Source of the DNA: Pseudodesulfovibrio piezophilus C1TLV30
GTDB lineage: Bacteria; Desulfobacterota; Desulfovibrionia; Desulfovibrionales; Desulfovibrionaceae
DNA: 32,000 nt
Direction of reading: 5' to 3'
Assembly: GCF_000341895.1 (NCBI RefSeq)
Contig: NC_020409.1
Span: 2,310,001 to 2,342,000, forward strand
Shown: positions 7,620 to 14,532 of the stretch, in pieces
Layout of the letters: every line of letters begins with the position of its first letter
Numbering within the stretch: the stretch's first letter is position 1
The notes under the pieces: generated by a model
The model's input: the letters and a program-made list of their open reading frames with translations, nothing else
What the model was told of the DNA's origin: nothing
Databases searched by the model: none
Program-made: the position numbers and the translations under genes

Positions 7620-8488
7620 CTGCATTTCTCCATAACGTATTCAACATATCGCGCTGCGGCATCGATACCGCTGGTTTCCTGTATACCGCGAAATCCTCCG
7701 AAGGCAGAGACCTCGAAGACAAAAGGCCCGTCATCGGTGATGGCTACATCCACACAGGTAAAATCCAGGTTGAACCGGGATTGTGCCTTGCGGGCCAATT
7801 CGATGATATCCGGTGAAGGTTCATAGGAGCGGTATTTTCCACCGGATTCCGTGGTGGTATTCCACGCGCCATTGGTCTTGCACCGGGCATAAGTGGTCAG
7901 ATATTCGCCGCCAAGAAAAGCGATGCCAAGATCAAGATCGCCCAGTTCGATGGTCTTCTGGATGTACATGATCGGATTTTCCGCCTTGTATGCCTCAATG
8001 GCCTTGCGAGCCTCGGGACCATCCTTCAGTATGAACATTCCCCGCGCCTTGGAAGTGTAGAGCGGCTTGAAAACGGCCTCGCCATATTCTGCCATGGCAA
8101 CCAGCGCCTGATCCACACTTTCGGTTATGGTGGTGGGTGGCATGGGAATATCGGCCAGTTGCAGGGAGATGGTACAGCTCAACCGGTCGAGCACTCTGAG
8201 AATTGAATAGGCCGAGCTGAAAATCTTCAACCCGCGCTCCTGAAGATACCGGAGCACTTCCAATCTATCGAGCAGGTCCGGCGAGTACCTGGACCCTATT
8301 TTCTTGATGATCAGTGCGTCAAAGTCTCTCAGGTTGTGGCCGTTATAGTAGGCATTGCCTGAGGGAAGATCGAGACGGACATCTTCCATGCCGATAAGTA
8401 CACGTTCTTCGCCGGTCTTGTCGGCCACGGTATCGGCGAGCTTTTCCGACGACCAGCCGCCTTTGGTTCCGATGACTCCTATTTTCAC
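7616..8488 (-). CDS. RimK-type ATP-grasp ligase (from memory, named 'GAK system ATP-grasp enzyme')
   Basis: 290 aa with a GTG start and AAGGAG 7 nt upstream. Size and layout fit the RimK/CofF/MptN family: an N-terminal pre-ATP-grasp region, FKPLYTSKARGMFILKD (Lys loop), MYIQKTIE, and a C-terminal FVFEVSAFGGFRG (Mg-ATP site region). Confidence 0.75.
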   Translation of the reverse strand: MKIGVIGTKGGWSSEKLADTVADKTGEERVLIGMEDVRLDLPSGNAYYNGHNLRDFDALIIKKIGSRYSPDLLDRLEVLRYLQERGLKIFSSAYSILRVLDRLSCTISLQLADIPMPPTTITESVDQALVAMAEYGEAVFKPLYTSKARGMFILKDGPEARKAIEAYKAENPIMYIQKTIELGDLDLGIAFLGGEYLTTYARCKTNGAWNTTTESGGKYRSYEPSPDIIELARKAQSRFNLDFTCVDVAITDDGPFVFEVSAFGGFRGIQETSGIDAAARYVEYVMEKCR

Positions 8489-8524
8489 GAAATAACTCCT
8501 TGAAACTGGCTGATGCTGGTTGTT

Positions 8525-10177
8525 TTAAAAGTAAAGAACATCTTCGGGCAGAGAAAATTTTTCCCATGGCCCACCCTGATAATGGTGAATCTTTTCCAAC
8601 AGGAACATGGACCGGTTATACATTTCCTTGGCGAATTTGTAGTTCAGTTCGAACCGGGTGGAAGTGTAGAATGAACGGGCCAGGGCAAAGGCCATGCGCG
8701 CTTCAAAGGTGGCGTCCTCATGCTGCTGGGCGAATCCTTTGGCAAAGCGGTAGAACTGCCGAATGACATGATTGATACGACCACGATGTTCGGCATCAAA
8801 AACCGGCATACGAAAGTTCGAGATCAGAAAAACCGAAGCGTCCTGAATGTAGTCGAAATCACGCGACCGGTAGAGGTCTATATAATGCACTTGCTGAGCT
8901 TCATGATTGTAAACGACATTATTGATATTAAAATCGCCATGAATGAAGACTGAAAAAGGTGCTTCCAATTCGTTTTCTATCACCGCACAGTGCTTGAGCA
9001 GTTCCTCGGTGGATTCGACCTCGGAGCGACCGAGTGATTTGGGAGTCCGCCAGAATTCGGGGTGCGTTTGCAGCACCCCCTCCAATCGGGACTGGACCTG
9101 CCTGATATAGTTCGTCTTGATGGGGGTCGGGTCCAGTGTCTGAGTCCAGGTCTCCAAAACCGTTGACTCGAAAACGAACAAGGCATTGCGGGCAAATTCA
9201 TCCTCCCCTGAAAGGACTATCTCATCCAGGGTACACCCGTTGAGAAACTCGACCAGCATGGCCCCTTTGTCGCCATCTTCATGAAATCCGTAAATATCAG
9301 CCACCAGATTTGGGAACGTCTGTTTCCAGCGTTGAATCGATTCCCGTTCCTTGCGAATTTTTTCCAGGCTTCCTTCTTTGTAAATAGACCCCTGACGCAC
9401 ATCTTCAGCTCCCATCACATCATCACGCTGCTCAACCTTGCCGATGCGACACCCTGAGCGGGTCCCCCATATGGCCCTGAAATCGATATCCGCAAAAGAA
9501 TCGCTGAAGCCGGACTTGCTCAGGGTTTGCTGCAATGCGTCAAACTGTTCTATCTTGATACGCTCGCCCAGCAGGGAAAAAATGATCGCTTCACCAATGT
9601 TGAGCAGGGCGTCACCCACCCGCTCGAAATACCGGAAGATGAAAAGAACCGTGACCAGACTTTGAGCTTCCCGCCCCATGCCCATTTCATTCATCACACG
9701 ATCAAAACGGACCTTGTAGACCGAATCGAGCATGGGTTCGGACTTGCAGATAAAAAGAGCCTTGGACATGTCTTCCTCGTGATACGCCACCAAAATAATG
9801 GCCAATCGTTCGAGGATGATGTCAAAGACCTCGTTATAGTCATATTTCTGGATGAATGATTGCTCGTCGAGATATCTCATCTGCTTGACTATATTAACAA
9901 AATAGTCTGCTATCTTTTCCAGATTCACACACATGACCTGCATGGCGCGTATCTTGTTCAACTGATTCTTATCCAATGATTTATCCGAATGGATACGGGA
10001 ATAACATTTGTTTTCGATGATTGTTTTCAAATTATCGATGTAGTCATCGCGGGACGTGATCTTCGAGTGGCGTTTTCTGGTTGGGGAATCCATGAAGGCG
10101 CGGGTTGACCGGGCCTGATTTTCGACTTCAAGAACCATGAACTTGAAATTTTCGTCCAGTCCTTCAAAAGTAATCAT
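8525..10177 (-). CDS. Fusion protein: N-terminal PhoU-like repeat domain plus C-terminal APH/choline-kinase-type phosphotransferase
   Basis: 550 aa. PhoU-like signatures: SRDDYIDNLKTIIENKC, VNLEKIADYFVNI and FRYFERVGDALLNIGEAIIF. Kinase signatures: FIHGDFNINNVVY (HxDxxxxN catalytic loop) and VHYIDLYRSRDFDYIQD (metal-binding D). Confidence 0.7.
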   Translation of the reverse strand: MITFEGLDENFKFMVLEVENQARSTRAFMDSPTRKRHSKITSRDDYIDNLKTIIENKCYSRIHSDKSLDKNQLNKIRAMQVMCVNLEKIADYFVNIVKQMRYLDEQSFIQKYDYNEVFDIILERLAIILVAYHEEDMSKALFICKSEPMLDSVYKVRFDRVMNEMGMGREAQSLVTVLFIFRYFERVGDALLNIGEAIIFSLLGERIKIEQFDALQQTLSKSGFSDSFADIDFRAIWGTRSGCRIGKVEQRDDVMGAEDVRQGSIYKEGSLEKIRKERESIQRWKQTFPNLVADIYGFHEDGDKGAMLVEFLNGCTLDEIVLSGEDEFARNALFVFESTVLETWTQTLDPTPIKTNYIRQVQSRLEGVLQTHPEFWRTPKSLGRSEVESTEELLKHCAVIENELEAPFSVFIHGDFNINNVVYNHEAQQVHYIDLYRSRDFDYIQDASVFLISNFRMPVFDAEHRGRINHVIRQFYRFAKGFAQQHEDATFEARMAFALARSFYTSTRFELNYKFAKEMYNRSMFLLEKIHHYQGGPWEKFSLPEDVLYF

Positions 10178-10181
10178 CGTG

Positions 10182-10448
10182 TTAACTGACCTTCAAGGGT
10201 GTCTCGTTCACATCCCTGGTCCCGGTACAGTCCTTCCAGCTTACCCGAATGGACAACTTGGTCTCGGTCCCCTTTTTTTTGGCTTTGACAGTAAAATTGA
10301 GCAACCCCTCCGGCTTAAGCACAATAGCATCGCCATTGGTGGACAAGGTTATGCTCCCCTTGTCAAAACCATCGGTCAGGGACACCAGAAAATTCTTGAT
10401 GGTGTCGCAATCCTGCAACGAATCAAACACAAATTTTTCTTCTGACAT
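10182..10448 (-). CDS. amphi-Trp-domain protein (stand-alone, 88 aa)
   Basis: MSEEKFVFDSLQDCDTIKNFLVSLTDGFDKGSITLSTNGDAIVLKPEGLLNFTVKAKKKGTETKLSIRVSWKD… comprises an amphipathic helix, a beta hairpin, a Lys-rich turn and a strand ending in Trp. AAGGAGA lies 5 nt upstream of the ATG, and the stop lies 4 nt before the next gene. Confidence 0.8.
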   Translation of the reverse strand: MSEEKFVFDSLQDCDTIKNFLVSLTDGFDKGSITLSTNGDAIVLKPEGLLNFTVKAKKKGTETKLSIRVSWKDCTGTRDVNETPLKVS

Positions 10449-10467
10449 TCATCTCTCCTTGAAGAGG

Positions 10468-11631
10468 CTAGCCTGCGAGGCGTTCCTTGTATTCCTTGAT
10501 AATGGTCCGGCGACTGATGTTGTTGACTATGAGTCGCTTGCGGATACTCAGGTCATCCCATGCGGGCTGGAATCCTATCTCCCTGCCCGCCTTGGCACTA
10601 TCCTGCTGATTGACCGGCTTTGTCTTCTCGCCCATGTGACAATCGTCTCCCATGAAGATAAGCGTCTCGCGCTCGCCCCCTCGTCGCCTCTGATTCTGCT
10701 CATTGACCACGGAGATGAGAAATTCAGTATATTCCTGTGATTGAGGATTCCAGACCTCGATGCCGTCAACATCATAATTGCGTAACAGGATGGGCCAGAA
10801 TTCCTCGGGATGCGGAATGACCACGCACCCGCCAAGGGAACGGACTTCCTCGATCACTTCGCTGGCCCGGTAGAAAAAGGAAAGATTGAACTCGGCCTTG
10901 ACCAACTGCTTGACCGCTTTGAGATACGCCTGCACACGATTCACGGCGGTATCTCCAAGCTCCGGACGCATGGAATCAAACCAGTTCCGAAGCAACTTGT
11001 TTTTGACAGACATTCTCGGCACGTCTTTCCAATGATCATCAAGCATCCGCTCTATCTTGGCGACATTAATCCGAACAAACTCGATAAGCTCACGGTCTGC
11101 TCCCGTGGCCTTGGCCGCCTTGTGGAGACGTTCCTCGTGAGGTCTGGTAATAGTGTGCATAAACTCGAAGAGCTGACCTGATCTGTATTTGAACGTATGG
11201 GCCAGCATGGACTTGAGCACTCCGGCCTCCTGCACACGATCATTGGAAAAATGCAGCAGCAACTGCACTTTGCGGTTGAACCCGCTGGAATAGCAGTCCA
11301 CTTCCACGCCAGAGTAATCCCCCCAACTCATAAGCACATTGTGTTGTGTGGGGATCAGCAGTTCCTCCTTGCGATTGGGAAACATGGCGTCCACCCGTTT
11401 ACGGATGTATTCCATGGGGACAAACTCCGGATGCCAATGGGCAGCGAGAAGCGCCTCCTGCCGGACATACACATTGGAAGGCGTCACCACCTGCTCGATC
11501 TGCCATGGCTCCAAGTCCGTGGAAACCACGGCAAAGAACCGGGACTGATCGTCCTCGCTCACTTCTTCGGAGGCCACTCCAGGGAAAATCCGGCACTCCA
11601 CCTTTTCATCATCCTGCTTGATCAATTGCAT
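10468..11631 (-). CDS. PHP-domain-like phosphoesterase (tentative)
   Basis: Track ORF 10468..11640 begins at a GTG that overlaps the GGAAG SD. ATG 11631 sits 8 nt after that SD. PHP-like metal-ligand motifs: AAHWHPEF (HxH), VVIPHPEEFW…DGIEVWNPQS, and LIFMGDDCHMGEK (GxDxH). Confidence 0.5.
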   Translation of the reverse strand: MQLIKQDDEKVECRIFPGVASEEVSEDDQSRFFAVVSTDLEPWQIEQVVTPSNVYVRQEALLAAHWHPEFVPMEYIRKRVDAMFPNRKEELLIPTQHNVLMSWGDYSGVEVDCYSSGFNRKVQLLLHFSNDRVQEAGVLKSMLAHTFKYRSGQLFEFMHTITRPHEERLHKAAKATGADRELIEFVRINVAKIERMLDDHWKDVPRMSVKNKLLRNWFDSMRPELGDTAVNRVQAYLKAVKQLVKAEFNLSFFYRASEVIEEVRSLGGCVVIPHPEEFWPILLRNYDVDGIEVWNPQSQEYTEFLISVVNEQNQRRRGGERETLIFMGDDCHMGEKTKPVNQQDSAKAGREIGFQPAWDDLSIRKRLIVNNISRRTIIKEYKERLAG

Positions 11632-11655
11632 CGCCATCACTTCCGGTTGGGTATT

Positions 11656-12186
11656 TCAGTCATACTTGGCATGACAGCGACTCTTTTCATGAACGAGGAC
11701 ATCTATCGTCTCGTGCATTCTGCCCATGTCACCGGATTCATGCGCTTCACGAAATGCCTCACATGCTCTGGTATAGTCCTCATAATATTCATCACCATAG
11801 CCGGGATAGCTCACCATCAGGGCGGAATCCTCCAGAAATGAAACCACAGCTTCATCCGGTGGCATCTGCCCGTCATGAATCAACTTGACCAACATCCTGA
11901 AGCTCTGCTTCATCCGCTTCTTGAGGCTCTTGTATTTTGGCTTGGCGGGCGAACCGTCCGATTGCATACCATCGACATCAGGCACGCATTCCTTGCCCGA
12001 CTTGAATTTGCCTTTGACAGAGATCTTCCCGAATTCGTTCTTTCCGCTGATCTTGAATTTAATACAATCCTCGACACAGGGAAATTCATCGGAATTCCCT
12101 TGCTCCAGAGCATCAGCCAAATTCCGAAAAAAATCCGGTAATTCCTTGAGATCAATATATTTCACGATCTTCGATTCGTTTCCCAT
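11656..12186 (-). CDS. XXXCH-domain protein; first gene of the operon
   Basis: 176 aa. The C-terminus is …DMGRMHETIDVLVHEKSRCHAKYD (the xxxCH motif). The N-terminal ~60 aa (LPDFFRNLADALEQGNSDEFPCVEDCIKFKISGKNEFGKISVKGKFKSGKE) look like a Trp-less amphi-Trp fold. GGAG lies 8 nt upstream of the ATG. Confidence 0.7.
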   Translation of the reverse strand: MGNESKIVKYIDLKELPDFFRNLADALEQGNSDEFPCVEDCIKFKISGKNEFGKISVKGKFKSGKECVPDVDGMQSDGSPAKPKYKSLKKRMKQSFRMLVKLIHDGQMPPDEAVVSFLEDSALMVSYPGYGDEYYEDYTRACEAFREAHESGDMGRMHETIDVLVHEKSRCHAKYD

Positions 12187-12384
12187 GCTGTTCGCTCCAT
12201 TGTTGAGGGGAAGTCTGTCTCATACCATCGGCTTCCACCTGATCACAATAGAATAAGCAATATTGTAACAATTCTTCACACGGCGAAAACCTCGGAATCA
12301 AAGCCTCTTCAATAAATGGAACACATTCAGCCCCACCATCCGCACTTCCCAAACCCGGTCCCGGCTGATAGACATCTGCGTGAG
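12187..12384. promoter_or_regulatory. Divergent control region between the 11-gene operon and asnB
   Basis: 198-bp gap between divergent start codons. It contains three ACAAT/ATTGT half-sites: ACAAT 12245..12249, ATTGT 12262..12266 and ACAAT 12268..12272. The last two form the palindrome ATTGTAACAAT. No promoter hexamers could be assigned with confidence. Confidence 0.4.
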
Positions 12385-14346
12385 ATGTGCGGCATTACCG
12401 GTTTTATCAATCCAGCCATGATCGGCGACAAGCAGGGACTCCTGACCACGTCTGAAACCATGGCCAACACCCTGAACCACCGCGGCCCGGATGGCTCCGG
12501 TACATTTGCCGACGCGCAATTCGGTGTTGCCTTGGCCCATCGCCGCCTCGCCATCATCGACCTGACTGACTGCGGTGCCCAGCCCATGCGCAGTGTCGAT
12601 GGACGGTTGACCATTACTTTCAACGGCGAAATCTATAATTTTCAGGAAATTCGAACGGAACTGGAATCGGCAGGCGGCCCTTTCCTGCCCTGGCGGAGCA
12701 GTTCTGATACTGAGGTCATGCTTGCTGCCATACAGGTATGGGGTTTGGAAACAGCTCTGAGTCGTTTTGTCGGGATGTTCGCCTTTGCCCTCTGGGACCA
12801 GGATCAGCATGTTCTGCATCTTGCGCGGGACAGAATGGGAGAAAAACCCCTCTACTATGGCCGGGCCGGAAACAGTCTTGTTTTCGGCTCTGAACTCAAG
12901 GCTCTGCGGGCCTATCCCGGATTCTCGCCAGAACTCGATATGGAAGCCCTCTCTCTGTACCTACGCTTCCAGTATGTCCCGGAACCCCGCTCCATCTACA
13001 CAGGTGTTGCAAAACTTTCTCCCGGCCATCTGCTGACCGTTCATGCGGACGCGCTCCATGACCTGACCCCGGTCCCTTACTGGACCCTGAGCGAGACCGT
13101 GATCAACGCACAGGCTGCCCCTTTTTCAGGGACTGAGACTGAGGCCGCAGATCAGCTTGAAGGACTTTTGCGTTCGTCGGTTCGTAACCAGATGCTCGCG
13201 GATGTGCCATTGGGCGCACTCCTTTCCGGCGGTATCGATTCATCCCTGATCACCGCCCTCATGCAGCAGGAATCATGCCGCCCTATTCGCAGTTTCACCA
13301 TAGGATTCGACGATGCCGCCTATGACGAATCCGCCAGTGCCCGACAGATTGCCGCTCATATCGGCACAGACCATACCGAACTATTTGTCACCCCGGACCA
13401 TGTTCTCGATCTGATTGAGACCCTCCCCGATCTCTATGACGAACCCTTTTCCGACGCCTCCCAACTCCCCACCCATCTTGTGGCCCAAATCACACGAAAT
13501 CATGTCACGGTCTGCCTCACCGGAGATGGTGGAGACGAAGCCTTTGCCGGGTATAACCGACATTTTTGGGCACCGGCCATATGGAATAAAATCAGTCGGT
13601 TCCCGACAGGTCTTCGTTCTCTGACAGCCCGTGCACTTCAGCAGATTTCACCGGGAAGTTACGAAACGCTCTTTTCCGCCCTCGGACATCTACTCCCCAA
13701 GGCATCACGTGTCAGTACGCCGGGCCACAAACTCCACAAGCTCGCTGATATCCTCTCCATGGAGAGCCGAGAAGCCCTTTACAAGCAACTCTGCTCCACC
13801 TGGTCAGACCCTGCGAAACTGCTCGGAGTCCCGGAACCTTCCACAGATATCGACCTGCCCGATTCCTGGCCTCCCTTTGCCGATTATACACGCCAGATGC
13901 AGTATCTCGATACCATCACCTACCTGACGGGTGACATACTGCATAAGGTTGACCGCGCGACCATGGGAGTCTCTCTGGAATCGCGCGCGCCCTATCTCGA
14001 CCACAGGGTTCTTGAATTTGCATGGAGATTACCGGTCTCCATGCTGATCCGTAAAAAACAGGGGAAACATATTCTTCGGACCATCCTTGACCGATCTGTA
14101 CCGAAAGAACTGATGGACCGTCCCAAGATGGGCTTTGGAATTCCCATTGACAAATGGCTGCGCGGTCCTCTCAAGGAATGGGCTTATTCCCTGCTTGACC
14201 CAACACGACTTCGCCGACAGGGGATGCTCGATGTCGCTCTCATTACCCGACAACTCAACGAACATATGAGCGGTCAACGAGACAACCAGTACCGGCTCTG
14301 GAATATACTTATGCTTCAATCATGGCTGGACAGGTGGATGCATTGA
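12385..14346 (+). CDS. asnB: Asparagine synthase (glutamine-hydrolysing), class II amidotransferase
   Basis: Track ORF 12316..14346. The true start should be ATG 12385, giving MCGITGF… with the obligatory N-terminal Cys nucleophile. Also present are HRGPD, LAIIDL, the SGGIDSS PP-loop, and a typical AsnB C-terminal half. Confidence 0.9.
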   Translation: MCGITGFINPAMIGDKQGLLTTSETMANTLNHRGPDGSGTFADAQFGVALAHRRLAIIDLTDCGAQPMRSVDGRLTITFNGEIYNFQEIRTELESAGGPFLPWRSSSDTEVMLAAIQVWGLETALSRFVGMFAFALWDQDQHVLHLARDRMGEKPLYYGRAGNSLVFGSELKALRAYPGFSPELDMEALSLYLRFQYVPEPRSIYTGVAKLSPGHLLTVHADALHDLTPVPYWTLSETVINAQAAPFSGTETEAADQLEGLLRSSVRNQMLADVPLGALLSGGIDSSLITALMQQESCRPIRSFTIGFDDAAYDESASARQIAAHIGTDHTELFVTPDHVLDLIETLPDLYDEPFSDASQLPTHLVAQITRNHVTVCLTGDGGDEAFAGYNRHFWAPAIWNKISRFPTGLRSLTARALQQISPGSYETLFSALGHLLPKASRVSTPGHKLHKLADILSMESREALYKQLCSTWSDPAKLLGVPEPSTDIDLPDSWPPFADYTRQMQYLDTITYLTGDILHKVDRATMGVSLESRAPYLDHRVLEFAWRLPVSMLIRKKQGKHILRTILDRSVPKELMDRPKMGFGIPIDKWLRGPLKEWAYSLLDPTRLRRQGMLDVALITRQLNEHMSGQRDNQYRLWNILMLQSWLDRWMH

Positions 14347-14532
14347 TGGCGTCTTGAACAGACGTACCCGGTTAAAAAACGTCGTGGATTCAAGTTCTAT
14401 CGTCACGATACCGATTTTTTTATCCTTTTATTTCAAATAAAAAAACAATATCGATAACCAACCGATCTTTTCATGATATTTTTTATTTCTCAAGGGGAAA
14501 AGAGAGGAAAAACTCGCACCAAGTCCTGATTT

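Noticed and set aside
11197-11841. 214-aa plus-strand ORF; the same applies to 21527..22210 (+), 10249..10740 (+) and 17455..17985 (+)
   Set aside because: All are antisense shadows of strongly supported minus-strand genes (PHP-like/XXXCH, gyrA, amphi-Trp/PHP-like, histidine kinase).
12187-12300. Sigma-54 (-24/-12) promoter upstream of the 11-gene operon
   Set aside because: The closest sequence on the minus strand (TGTTACAATATTGCTT) lacks the invariant GG of the -24 element.
14426-14442. AT-only palindrome ttttatttcaaataaaa in the convergent asnB/LysR gap, considered as a terminator
   Set aside because: The stem is all A-T with a 1-nt centre, so it is too unstable to call a rho-independent terminator. 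It is noted only as part of an AT-rich convergent spacer.
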